Program-made: the position numbers and the translations under genes
The notes under the pieces: model-generated
What the model saw: only the letters and a program-made list of their open reading frames with translations
Database searches by the model: none
Told to the model about the DNA's origin: nothing
Shown: one piece after another, positions 51,601 to 63,404 of the stretch
Layout: every line of letters begins with the position of its first letter
Position numbering within the stretch: the first letter of the stretch is position 1
Source: Owenia fusiformis
Lineage: Eukaryota
DNA: 64,000 nucleotides
Reading direction: 5' to 3'
Assembly (NCBI GenBank): GCA_903813345.2
Contig: CAIIXF020000001.1
Span: 22,010,001-22,074,000, forward strand

Positions 51601-54600
51601 CTTATTGACAATAACTAATTAACTATCACTAGTTAATTTTTGCCAGTCATCAGATCATGCAATGGAAGTGTACCTCAATAAGAAATGCATTCATTGATTG
51701 TGGCAAGTAGTGAATTGTCAAAAGAATGTTGGAGTTGCACCATTATTTTGCTGCATTTTGGTGCTTCTTTTTCCATTAAGGTCGTTTTGGTACCACTGTG
51801 ATGTCATAATATATAATTTGATGTCATAATATGGGTACCAAATTGAATCACACATTACAAGCTTTAGGATGATACCAAATATGCCATCATTCATTTGATT
51901 AAAATGGTAACTGGAATAAGCTCAAAAGGTATGCCACTCCCCTATCCCATCCATTTTTCAGGTCATTGAAACATGCCAAAATCTCAAATAGTGCAGGCAT
52001 CTTCATGGGTCGTTTTTGGCCCCGTTTTATTTAAAATATCATGTTTCTGCATGTCATTTTTCTCGGAAATGTCTCAACTACCTAAAACAGTTACATTTGT
52101 GCTGAATAAGAAAACATTTGGTCATTTTCGAGTTATTACATCAAAAGTAGAGACTTTTATTAATTTTATCAAAATGTTGCATTTGTTACAAAATGGCAAA
52201 TTTTTGTTATCGGCCAATCAAAATCAAATGTTTCCCTATTTTTAACAAATAAATTATAATCAAAACTAATGAAATTCTATGTTAGGATTCCTCCAAGGAA
52301 TGTGCATGCAAAATATGGTGACTTAACTTTTAAAAGTTAAATATGTAAGTGTAAGTTGAACAAACCAGAATTGAAGTTCCAATTTTACTTGTATTTTTAT
52401 AGTGTAAAATCGGTCTTAGTGAACACCCCCTCTCTAGTTACCATCGCTGTAGTGGACACTTACCAACACTGAACATTATTTTCTTGGCAAAAAATGTTCA
52501 ATTTACAGACAGAGTATCGATTGTTTTAATATTTTCCAAACTACATTAAAAATATGTTTGACATCAGATCTTAAAAGGGGGATGTTAGATGTGTGTTACC
52601 CATGCAATGAAATAATATTAATATGCATATACCATTTGTCTAATATTTTGTATCCTCCAACACACTGGTTAAATTAACATTGCTGGTGCATCATTTGTTT
52701 AAGATTTCGCCAGAAAGTGCCTTTAAGGATTACCTCTTAAATGACAGACAAACACCAAACAAAATATTGTTATTTTTGTACCTGGATCTAGGTTTTGCTG
52801 TCCAATATTTGGTATATATATTATTTGGGGCACTTAAAAAAAAATCACATTTTCTGAGCTATATGTTGACGAGACATTTTTATACAACTCATATTCAAGA
52901 TACAATACCTATATTGCTAGATCATAACGAGAACATTTTTTGAATCTGTAGTTCTCATGCGATATCTAAGGGGGGGGGGCTATCTACCAACTGTGTTTAC
53001 AAGAATAACAGATTGCGTGATCTCTGTGTTGCAGAGTTGTGGAGGCTGGCCGGTGCAGGGGAAGGTGCCGGTGTGTTGCAATACAACAACAATGGCATAT
53101 GGGGAATATTTACGATGTTCAGTACTAGTACAAAGGCTTCACTCGCCCCCCTTATTTGCGAATATTTTGGGTATGATCGCAAAAATGCAAAGGCACTGCG
53201 AGATTATGAATACTACGATTCCAGCAAAGGATTCCCTGTTATTTCGAACCAAATCAGATGTTCAGCCCCTAGGATTTCACTACGTGATTGCAAACCATCT
53301 CTTAGGACACCTTCATACAAAGTAGCACATAGGAATATGCTTATCGTGTCATGCGTGCCAGAGACAGAACCGGAGGATACAAGAAGTATATTGTTCTTTT
53401 TTGTGTATTTACTCTCTCCATTCCTCTAGTTTATAATTTCTTTCTTATTAGAATTGATATTGACATTTGTTTGAAATGATGCACAAGTCTATATCGAGCT
53501 AATAAAAATCAAAATTAAACAAAGAACACATCATCTTAACGCCATCTTTATTATTCAATCAGCGTAATAATCCGGAGCCCAGAAAACACTACTGTACATT
53601 GTACCACGATATTATTATGCCACCACCCCAAGTGATAACATATCTCCAACTTTTTTGTGACGGCGTTAGGCGTCTGTGATCGAAGATCGGCGCGTGCAAC
53701 AAATGGCCGGTGGTGACATTTTGCATGTTAATTCCACGTTCATTCGTATTTCAGTTCGACTAGTTGGTGGTGAAGATGATACTGAAGGTATGGTGCAAGT
53801 GAGGGGTAGGGGTATATGGGTAGGGATTGGAGATTCTCCTACTAGTCATTTTAACGACAATCACGCTGCAGTAATTTGTCGACAATTGGGCTTCAACGAT
53901 ACATCAAATGCTGCTTCATTAAAAGGTACTTTGTTTCTGTGCGTATCTATTTAGGCTACTGAATGCAAATGTGATCTTAACCCTATAATGACTAATAAAT
54001 GCATGTTTTCAGCTAGTACAATAGATCATGTTTATATTTAAATGTCTTTCATTACTTTGATAAAAATACGATTATTTGTCCTAGACTTGACGTGTGTTTC
54101 ATTTCAAACTTTTCAGAATCCTACTTTTCTAAAATGGATGATCCAATAGTGTTACGGATTAAAGATAAGTTTTGTTCCCTGGAAACAAACATGGATATCA
54201 GGAGATGTACATATCCTGCCTGGTTCATAGATACATTTCCAACTATGGATACTGCGGCTGTATCGTGTACAAAACCAAAACGCGGTAAATTTTCGTTATT
54301 TGAATCATTTACACCGATAATGAGATTGTTTTCAGGACTGGCATGTCCTTCATCGACATGGGTTATTTTGCCATAGTAGTGTTTTCTGTCAATTCATATA
54401 TTTACATGAATATAACTGCTTCTCATACATTATACAGGGTTAACAAATTGATACCTATAAATTACGTTTTCAATTAAGTTTTTGCTCCTCTGTATTAAAT
54501 CCATTTTGTTTAGAAACGTTAAGACTTAGCGGGGGTTCTGATTCGTTCGGTAGATTGGAAGTGTTCTACAAGGGAGAGTGGGGGACAATCTGTGCTTCAA

Positions 54601-57600
54601 ACTGGAGGCAACAACATTCCATCATTGCGTGCAGACAACTTGGCTTTGGCAGCACCTATGCACATAAAATACCTTCAGGTACCTTTGCAGGCAACATTAG
54701 GGAGGTCAAGATAAACGTTTTTAAAAAATTGTACGTAAACGTAGAATAATGGTCCCCTGTGCGTTAGTTCTCCCATTTGTTCTGTTCAGCTGTACCTGTG
54801 TTGCTGATTGCGTATAATGGTTTATCCCATACTTGGACGTGTTACGGGTACATAAAGCCGGTTTATAAAAACTTATATTTTCATCAGCGGGCAGATATAG
54901 CTTTACGTCCCGCTTCGAGCGGGCAGATATACTATATCTGCCCGCTACGTCATAATCGCTGTTCCCGTATTGGTTCTTTTTTGTAACGTTCGCATACTGT
55001 AAACGCGACAATGGAGAAAAAACGCAGACAATCTCGACCTGTTTGATGCTTTAAAGAAGGGAAGGAGCAGTATACCCCGTTAATAATCAAAGATTTGAGC
55101 AGGAAAAGAAACAAGAATACAAAACATGAATATTTAAAAATAATTCCACGATTGGTTGCAAAGTTTCTGAACTTTGGCCAATTGAACAATGTGATTGGTA
55201 TGGGATAAACAGATCATCCTATAGTCGGTTCAGGATATTTGGATTATCCCTTGGCCAATATAATATATCTACCCTCGGGGCCTACGGCCCTCGGGCAGAT
55301 ATATTATATTGGCCTCGGGATAATCCCAATATCCTGAACCTCATATAAGATAATCTCTATATACGGAAAATAATTGTAGTGACGTCCCTGGAAAGATGAA
55401 ATGAGAGCGGAACAGTAACCTCGTTTGTCGAAATATTGCATACTCGTACAGGTTCTCTTTAAAACGTATAACTTAACCCCCCTAGCATTGCTCTGGACAG
55501 TTTTGTTCCGTATTTATTCGGAACAACATTTCAAGTAAATTGTTTCCATCAACATTTCCATTTTCTTGACACCATCACAATATATATATTTATACTAAAA
55601 TGTACAATTTATACTAAAATATACAATACAATACAAGTGGTGACATATATTGTTAAAGTCTCCCACTCTTTTGTGAACGGTACTAGGTGGTCGAATTTGG
55701 CGGTATCAAATGGAAGGTGGTGACATTTTGCATGTTAACGCCTTGTTAAATTATTCATAATTACTATCATCTACTGACAAATGCAAGTGTTTACCGTTTA
55801 CACTATAGGAACATCAAGAAGAGAAAACGTGCCAGATAGAATATGGTTGCATAATTTAGCATGTACTGGGTCTGAGAAAAGACTGGAAGGATGTCGACAT
55901 AATGGTTGGGGATTTGCTCCTTGTGAGCATGCGGAGGATGTTGAGATTACATGCGAAGAAATTTTGGAAGAAGGTACGATAACTTACTACAAAATATTGT
56001 ATTATGTAGTCCCATTATAGTATCACCTTCATCCTTTGATATCACGATAGCAGTCCTATACCGGTCTCTTTTACTTATCTTGATTCCTATTATGATTCAA
56101 GATCAGATCTAGGTAAAAAGTACCGACTTGGGGCAAGGCTATCCTTTACCAACAGTGCCGGGTTCCTTTAAATTTAAAACGTTTTTACACATTTATTAGT
56201 TCGACTCGTGGATGGTATCGGTCCTTACACTGGTCGATTGGAGGTAAAACATGTGGGCGAATGGAAGTCTGTATGTACCTACATGAGATGGGATAGTAAA
56301 AACGATTCGAAAACTGTGTGCAATCAACTAGGCTACAAAACTAATGACCCAAACTTTATATACGCTGCGCATAACGGTAGGTTTATAGAATTCTGAAATG
56401 TGTACCATTATTATCGTAAATTATTTCCGTTGATTTTGTATCCAAACTTTATTTACGCTGCGCATAATGGTTTGTAGTTCATTTATGTGCCCTTCTCTCA
56501 TTTTCATCAGGCATATCTTTTTCATCGATGCTATGACAAGTAAGCTTAAAGTCAAATGGAGTGCAAAAATAGGTTTTTACCATTTCAGAAAAGATCCGCA
56601 TGGGAACCGATGACGAATTTTCCATGGTGCGAAGTAGGTTGACTTGCGATGGGACAGAAGATAATCTTGGGCGATGTGGTCATCAGCATGGATTCCTTTC
56701 CTTTGTTCCTGTAACACCGGCTAGTCTCGGAAGTGCTTTGTATAATTGGTGCGTTCACGAAGACAACTCTGTGTGGATCTACTGCCCAACTGATACGCCA
56801 CGTACGTTTCTTTAATGTGATTTTTGTACATTTATACATGGTCATCCTTATTGGTGGTAGTTAAAAACATAACGCCACTCTGTGCAAGCAATACCAACCA
56901 GAGCCCTCATTATCCGGTCAGCGCTAAATTAGCGTTGCGATTTGCGTTGCGCTTGCGAATCAACATTATTCGCAAGCGCAAATCATGGTTTGCGTCGTAT
57001 TACGCGCTTCACGCAAACGCAGACGCAACGCAGACGCAACAGTATGCTAATCGCAAATAAATTGGAAACGCGGGAAATTTAAACTTAGAGCTCAAAATAG
57101 ATATCGATTTTTTAATGTCTATGTATGTTTACGCCAGTGCGGATGTGTCAATCCCATACTTGGACGTGTTATAGGTACATAAAGCTGGTTTGTAATTAGA
57201 GGTTATGTCACTATGACGTGAAATATGCCTGAGTTCTCCCAATATAGGCCGACCTTGGGAGGCTCTATATTTGGGCAAGAACGAAGGCATATTTCACGTC
57301 ATAGTGACATAACTGATGTATTACATGCCTTTGTTCCCATGGTTACTTTGTATCAATGACGTGACGTCATGATATTATCATGGTTATTAAAGAAATCTAA
57401 TATCAAAACGAGGTAAGCGGGCTATATCGGGGTAATCGGGCAATATCGGTGGATATAGCTCGCTAACTTTCCCATTGACTTCCATACAAATGCTTCGCTA
57501 GGTATGTAATACAAACTTTTATTCCATACTTAGTAGTGTTATAGGTATATAACATGCGGGAATATAACTGATATGTGACGTGAGCGGGAGACATATATAT

Positions 57601-60600
57601 CTACTGAGCCAGGGGACTTTGCTATTATTCCTAACAATCTACTAAGTATAGAATAAATCAGTTATTAAATGCTCGATTTTTGATACAGGGTATATCCCTC
57701 GGTAAATACAATATATCAACCCTCGGTCCCTACGGTCCCTCGGGTTGATATATTGTATTTCCCTCAGATATACCCTGTATCAAAAACCTCCCATTAAATA
57801 ACCTCTATATATTTTCATCAGCGGTCAGATATAGCTATACGTCCCGCTCTGAGCGGGCAGATACAGTATATCTGCCCGCTGACGTCATAATCGCCGTTCG
57901 CATATTGGTTCATTTTTGTAACATGAGCATAATTACTGTAAACGATAATGGAGAAAAGGCAGACAATTGCGATCTGTTTGAAGGAAGGAAATGAGCGTAT
58001 CCCTGTTAAACAAGGATTTCAGAAATAAATGTGGATGAATATCTGAAAATCAGGCTATTCTAAATGAATTCTTACGGTTGGTTGGACATTTTCTGAACTC
58101 CGGCCAATTGAACAGCGTGAACAAAATGACCAAGATTGGTATGGTATAAACAGATCATCCTATAGTTCAATATCAAGGAGGATTGGCTCCCAGAATGCAA
58201 CACCGATATTCTGCAAAACAATCACCTAGCGATAGCTTTGTTGGAGAGTATCGGGTCATTCTCCATGCAGTCGTACAAATTATACAGACACGAATAGCAA
58301 ATGACGCATGCGTGGAGATTAAAGAATATCGAGTTGGAACCCTGGCTTCCAATCCTCCTTGGTTCAATATCCTGAACCTCATATATGATAATCTCTATTT
58401 ATCCCATGATACTACTAATTCCCGATGAATAACCGGGATTATTCCATAATACTACTGTTTTCCCAGGGAAATATGAAGGAATAAAAATCGTATTGAATCG
58501 TATTACATGAAAAAATCGTATTGTCCCCGGGAAAAAAATCGTATTGGAGCGTATTACATGAAAAAATCGTATTGTCCCCGGGAAAAATCGTATTGGAGCA
58601 TATTAACCTATTTTCGGTTTCCCGGTTATTTTTTCCCAGTTATCTGCATTATCCAAATGTAGCATTTTAGAGGGGTGTATTATGGAATAAATAGGTTATT
58701 TCTGGTCGGAATTGAATATGGGTTTTATACCTCGGAAAATATGATATTGACCTTGGGCTATATGATATTGACACTCGGTCGCTGCGCTCCCTCGGTCAAT
58801 ATCATATTACCCTTCGGTCAATATCATATTGTCCCTCGGAATAAAACCCATATTCAATCCCTCCTAGTAAATAACCTATATTTATTCCATAATAACATGT
58901 TTTCCCTGGGAAAATAACAGGGAATAAAAGTGTTATTTGAAAAATCCCGTATCAGATCCCGTATCAGCCAAAATCCCGTATCAGATCCCGTATTGGATCC
59001 CGTATCAGCAAAAATCCCGTATCAGATCCCGTATCAGAAAAATTGAAAAAAAAATATTATGAAATAAATAGGTTATTGATGGTCGTGATGGAATATGGAT
59101 TTATTCCTTGAGAAAATATTTTGCCAAACAAAGCTTCCTCTTTCAATCAGTTGGGTCGATATAGCATGCTAAAATGATGTTCTTATGTGAAAAACGAATT
59201 CCAGTTTTATCATCATCGCTCTGACACAGACAAAAATGCTTACGTATTGCTGAATGTTTTGATGTTGATGTGTTTATGTTACACATGTACAATAATTTTT
59301 TTATATTTAAAAATATCATAAAGCTAAGTCATATTTTCTTGATTAAATATACCATTTTTTCATAGAAAAATCTAACTAATGATTTTATGAAGACAGTTAT
59401 GAATATCATGGAATAAAAAGCTAATTTACTGGTCGGGATTAAATATGGGTTTATTCCTCATGACAATTTGATATTTCACATATTGTGAGGGACAATTTGG
59501 TATTTCACTCTGACCCTCCAGGCTCTCGGTAAATATCATATTGTCCATCATAATACAACCCATATTGAATCCCTCCCACTACATAACCTATATATATCTT
59601 GCGAAAATCTAGATCTGTCACTGGAAGGCAGCCCATCTTGAAAACAAGACACGGTGTCTTTGTAATTAGTCCGACTGATATAGCCTACCTAGAGAAAACC
59701 GCCGATACCTCAGCAACAATGTTCGAAACAGTAGGTTGGGATACCCCGAATATATCTCCATTTATCATTTGCATACAACCTGTAGCATATCGTAATGAAA
59801 TGAATACTTTTAGCTGACATGAAATTGCCTGAGGATTCCTTGTTCTTGACGCTAGATCCCCATCTAATATATTAATCAACTCAAGAATGAGTGGCCTCGG
59901 CATGCGATATCTGTTTAATATCTCATCGTCAGTCATCTCTAACGGCTGACTCCTGTCTCTGAATAAGCGTAAACCTCTTCTATTGTGAACATCCTGGAAT
60001 AATATGCGCCACATTTTCCAGCTTGATCGAACCCTAATATTTTAATTTTAGCAGACGATATTTGCGAAATGGAATTGCAATATTTATTATAGATTTCACA
60101 AAACCAAGGTAGCATAATCGTGCACTTTCAGACTTGATTTTGATAAGTTTTGGTTATTTGTGTCTCTAATGTTTTCAACCTATTTTTAGTTGGAGGTCTC
60201 AAAGGGCACTTCCTAGATTTCTACAACGATAATGTTAATTTAAATAGGAAAACTATCAAGATTCTTGATGATATGTTTGCGATTTATATTGCGGCAGGGT
60301 CAGGGATGCCGCAAATAAAGTGGAGTTTGCGACATAAAAATCAACTGATTTACGTGGACGCAACTGTGCGATGACTGCATAATACCAATTTGCGTGCGGT
60401 TAGCAGTATATTTGCGATGCGAAATGAAAATAGCGATGCGTCTACCGTGTAATAAGAAAACTGCGATTTGCGCTAAAGACGCAAAACGGCAATGAATTTG
60501 CGCTAGAGTGCCTTTGAGATGACCTCATAATATCGTTTTGCGTACGATTCGCTAAATATTTACGTTGCGATTGCGATTTGCGGTGCGTCGACCGGATAAT

Positions 60601-61467
60601 GAGGCCTCTGTTCGCTACGCTCTCTTGTCTCTTGGCTAGGGAATATTGATATCATCTCGATCTTTGATAAAAATGGTATCCTCAAAATCATATGAAAGCA
60701 TATTATGACATAATTACAGTGGTTAGTCCGACGCCTGAGTCCTGTAGTGATGGTTGGTTTCTTGAAAATATTGTGACTGATAAGATGGTTTGCGCAAAGA
60801 AAATAATCATGGAAGATTGTTCTGTAAGTTGCTCATTATCAATCTTACCTAGTGTCAAAATTCGTACTACGTATGCGATTTTTAGAAATAAGTTCACTAA
60901 ATTAAATTGATTTTGTATTTATATGTAATAGACTATAAGTCTATGGATAAACATCCTCCAATCTGGATATTGAGATTATCTGCTCGGGAGCCGGATATTT
61001 GGATGGATATTCCAAATATTCTGATCTTCCTGTTGGAAGATCTCTACCGATATACACTAACTGATCATGAAGAATGTTCCATCTGTCTGCCATCGTGGGC
61101 TGTTCATTGACATTACTCATTCGAGTACTCTATGTCATAGTTTTGTGTGACACATAGTATGTCCCTCACATTCATGAAAACGATATTGGTCCAAACATGG
61201 TTAGAATTTAGGAGCACCTAGTCCCAAGTTTCTTAACACTAGATGTTGATAGACCAATATTTTACGATTGAACAGGTAGCTGGACGCCTCACAGGTTATC
61301 CACTAATGTGTGAGGATGAGGAAGGGAACGTCGTATCTATGACGGGGTTGAAAAGTGTTGACGGCTGTCCAACAGGTTTTGTGACAACATACGATACGTT
61401 TGATGAAAGCGATATAAACTGGATGAATGATGTTATGTCAGCCTATGGAGATGAGGAGACTCTTTGA
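42611..61467 (+). CDS. Secreted 8xSRCR protein with C-terminal partial trypsin-like module, copy 2 (~1081 aa, 20 exons)
   Basis: Exons 42611-42618, 42755-42816, 43228-43445, 43599-43725, 43993-44088, 47202-47390, 48341-48478, 49412-49598, 49767-49948, 50703-50879, 51147-51302, 53035-53385, 53755-53925, 54117-54284, 54514-54678, 55809-55973, 56200-56376, 56589-56801, 60720-60823, 61276-61467 sum to 3246 nt in frame. Same exon structure and phases as copy 1. Signal peptide [20 protein letters not shown]. Confidence 0.88.
44165..46891. mobile_element. Academ-like non-autonomous element with very long repeat-built TIRs
   Basis: Termini TAGGCCATCAGC / GCTGATCGCCTA; 3-bp TSD CTA; arms ~44165-44990 and ~45890-46891 are built of ~120-bp units containing TCCAAGATGGCCGCC. 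Confidence 0.8.
48631..49353. mobile_element. Kolobok-like MITE containing a second nested Kolobok-like MITE (~48790-49196)
   Basis: AGGAGCACGTAGGTTATCGCAAACAATTTC / GAAATTGTTTGCGATAACCCACGTGCTCCT; inner pair CAACATACTTTTT..TTTTCACCAAAAATGCAA / TTGCATTTTTGGTGAAAA..AAAAAGTGTGTTG. TTAA sites are degenerate. Confidence 0.7.
50143..50679. mobile_element. Foldback MITE with CAC termini and 5-bp TSD (Transib-like)
   Basis: More than 60 bp of perfect TIR CACTGGTGATCCACTCGATTACGCTGG...; arms ~250 bp; TSD GTGTT. Confidence 0.9.
51375..52337. mobile_element. Non-autonomous element with ~190-bp inverted arms
   Basis: ACTTTTAAAAGTTAAGTCACCACATTTTGCATGCACATTCCTTGGAG... mirrored at ~52150-52337; true termini and TSD unclear. 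Confidence 0.72.
53612..53740 (+). mobile_element. HINE/Helentron-like short element (family copy)
   Basis: TTATTATGCCACCAC ... GGTGGTGACATTTTGCATGTTAATTCCACGTT; short subterminal inverted repeats, T-rich ends, no TSD. Confidence 0.5.
54825..55360. mobile_element. Crypton-like non-autonomous element with subterminal hairpin
   Basis: Begins TCCCATAC (reverse complement TATGG), ends ATAATCTCTAT; ~140-bp hairpin at 55211-55356 capped by GGCCTACGGCC; no TIR; second copy at 57152-58398. Confidence 0.6.
55636..55747 (+). mobile_element. HINE/Helentron-like short element (family copy)
   Basis: AGTGGTGACA..GTCTCCCACTCTTTTGTG..GGTGGTGACATTTTGCATGTTAACGCCTTGTT. Confidence 0.5.
57152..58398. mobile_element. 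Second copy of the Crypton-like element, interrupted by three insertions
   Basis: Aligns with 54825-55360 except for inserts at ~57197-57510 and ~57521-57810 (both hairpin-bearing) and the MITE at 58174-58361. Confidence 0.65.
58174..58361 (+). mobile_element. MITE, CAAGGAGGATTGG family, shorter relative
   Basis: Same TIR; 9-bp TSD GTTCAATAT; inserted in a Crypton-like element. Confidence 0.85.
58485..58605 (+). repeat. Minisatellite (AAAATCGTATTG..CGTATTACATG)
   Basis: Repeated CGTATT core with a higher-order period of ~50 bp. Confidence 0.75.
58690..58881. repeat. Crypton-like long hairpin
   Basis: ATAGGTTATTT..ATTGAATATGGGTTTTAT..-GCTGCGC loop-..ATAAAACCCATATTCAAT..AAATAACCTAT; flanked by TATTATGGAATAA and TTATTCCATAATA; relatives at ~12795-12868 and ~59420-59592. 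Confidence 0.6.
58943..59037 (+). repeat. Minisatellite (ATCCCGTATCAG)n
   Basis: About seven copies of ATCCCGTATCAG with short A-rich linkers. Confidence 0.85.
59685..60014 (-). pseudogene. Harbinger (HARBI1-like) transposase N-terminal fragment
   Basis: [21 protein letters not shown]...[12 protein letters not shown]...[15 protein letters not shown] matches the HTH region of Harbinger transposases; the DDE domain is absent. Confidence 0.82.
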
Positions 61468-62851
61468 AAATAAACTAAAGTCTAAGCTTGTATTCGCGGA
61501 TGCAAATAACAGCTTTCGGCTAATAGATTAACCCACTTTTGTATGGCAAACAAAAATATATGAACTGAATAGTGGCAGGCGACTATTCATATTAAAAGGA
61601 GTTGCCCATAAAATAATAGATTAATCCGGTAGCCGACAGTCGAAAGTTGCATTTTGATATTTTCAGCTTGTTTTCATTTTAGAAGTATATGTAGAATGTA
61701 ATTGTGCTTGAGATTTGAATGTAATCGCATAACATGCCTTGTTTATAACCAGGTGACACTTATCCACATATTTCAAACAATGTTAGATTAAAAGGATCAA
61801 CAAAATAGATAATTGAAGTGAATAGTTTATTGCATTTTTGGGGTTTCTTTTTTTACCATGGGCTTTCAAGAGACTTTTTGAAAGCCCAACTTTTACCTAA
61901 CCTGTAGACAGACAATAAAGTTATTATTTGTTAAACGAGGTTAATATTTACTAAAACAATGTCACTAATGTTATATACTAAAATATATAATAAAAATGTA
62001 TAGTATATCAAATGAAACATTGGATAAATATCATATTTCAAAATTATACATGATAATGCAACTTTTAATTGGTTTGATATGTTCAATGGAAAATTACATT
62101 TTTTGGATATGTCAATTTGAAATTACTTTTTATGACAACATTACAATATTGACCAATGGATCATTTACAAAAACTTTTTCAAAGTTAGAATTTCTAAATC
62201 AAGTGTTTTGAACGTAGATATAATGATCGCAAAGTAAGAGAACACAAACTTTTATATGAGTTCCTAACTTGAGGTTTCTGTTAATAGACTCTTAATTGTT
62301 CTCAAACTATGACGTCATTATGTCCATGGTTACAACATTAACAATTTATTAATTCAACAAAGTTTCTGTTAATGGTCACTCAAAGTTCTTCAAAAAAGCT
62401 TAGCTCCACTAACAAATCCAAATCACATGTATCCAAATCACAGATGTTTGCATATCAAATTACTGTTGTACATCCAATTATTTTAAAAACTTAAACATAT
62501 CCATAAAAAACTAAACAGATAGAGTTTGGTTTAAATCCTCATTATATAAAAGTATAACAACTAAAAAATCAAAAATTAATTGATGGTAACACATACAATT
62601 AACTTGTAGGGGCCCACGTCCCACGTGTTAATTGCTTATTTAACACAATATGAATTCATGTGTTACATGGTTTTTCTAATTTGGTCATTTTCCAGGGGAG
62701 AACTCCATACATTGCCACATTACACTGCATGACCCAAAAGTGAAACATTTTCGAGAACTTAGATACCCTATATAGTCCCTAAGATATCCTATAAAAATAA
62801 ATAAATACTACATAGTTCTATATGAGACAAACACATATAAACATTGTACAT

Positions 62852-63404
62852 CTAGCATATATCGGAAGATATATGTGACAAAATTTTGACTTTGGGCTGA
62901 CTTTGTCGACCAGCTGAATTTATCTGAAGACTGGGTTTTTCAACAATTTGAGCGACAGTTACTTCCTTAGAGAATGATACTCGCTTGTTTTTGTTCCTGT
63001 TCTTTTTGGTAGGATTTTGTGACTGAGGACATAGACATTGTGACTGTTGCTGTAATATATGTTGCAAGTTAGTTCCTCCTACAAAACATTCCTCTGGTTT
63101 CTCAGTTATTTGAATAGTATTTTCTGGATCGCCATTTATATTGAGTTGTCCCATGTCAACTGGTGTACTAGATGCCTGAGGGGGAATTACTACACTTGTT
63201 GTCCTTTCACCCCCACAGTTTTCACATAAACTGGTCCCATCTGTGCTGTCTATGGTAATGGTAGAGTCTGAGTCTGAACAAGGGGTGGAAGGACCAGGCA
63301 TTACATAGTCAGTATCTAGGGAGTTTGGCACTGTCATGGGAGATGATCCACTATCAATACCAGAGTCATCAGATCCGAGTATGTCTAGGTTATCATTGGA
63401 ACTC
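62852..63404 (-). CDS. Probable terminal coding exon of an unidentified convergent gene (Ser/Asp-rich, disordered)
   Basis: Acceptor tttgcag| at 63405-63406 on the minus strand followed by ~183 open codons to TAG. Higher GC than flanks. Contains DSGIDS and KRVSF motifs. Confidence 0.55.

Larger units (their letters stand above)
56902..60607 (-). mobile_element. Decayed PIF/Harbinger DNA transposon hosting nested insertions
   Basis: TIRs AGCCCTCATTATCCGGTC / GACCGGATAATGAGGCCT flanked by CAG/CTG; TTGCG-rich subterminal repeats at both ends; internal Harbinger transposase fragment. Confidence 0.8.

Noticed and set aside
58485-59037. Short regularly repeated motifs resembling a CRISPR array
   Set aside because: No unique spacers of constant length, no cas genes, eukaryotic context; these are minisatellites inside repeat elements.
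61453-61467. C-terminal ETL of SRCR copy 2 as a PDZ or ER-retention signal
   Set aside because: The protein appears secreted with no TM segment, the motif is not xxEL, and it is absent from copy 1.
22731-61467. Calling the SRCR genes DMBT1, neurotrypsin/PRSS12 or LOXL
   Set aside because: No CUB/ZP, kringle, complete protease or lysyl-oxidase domain; no symbol assigned.
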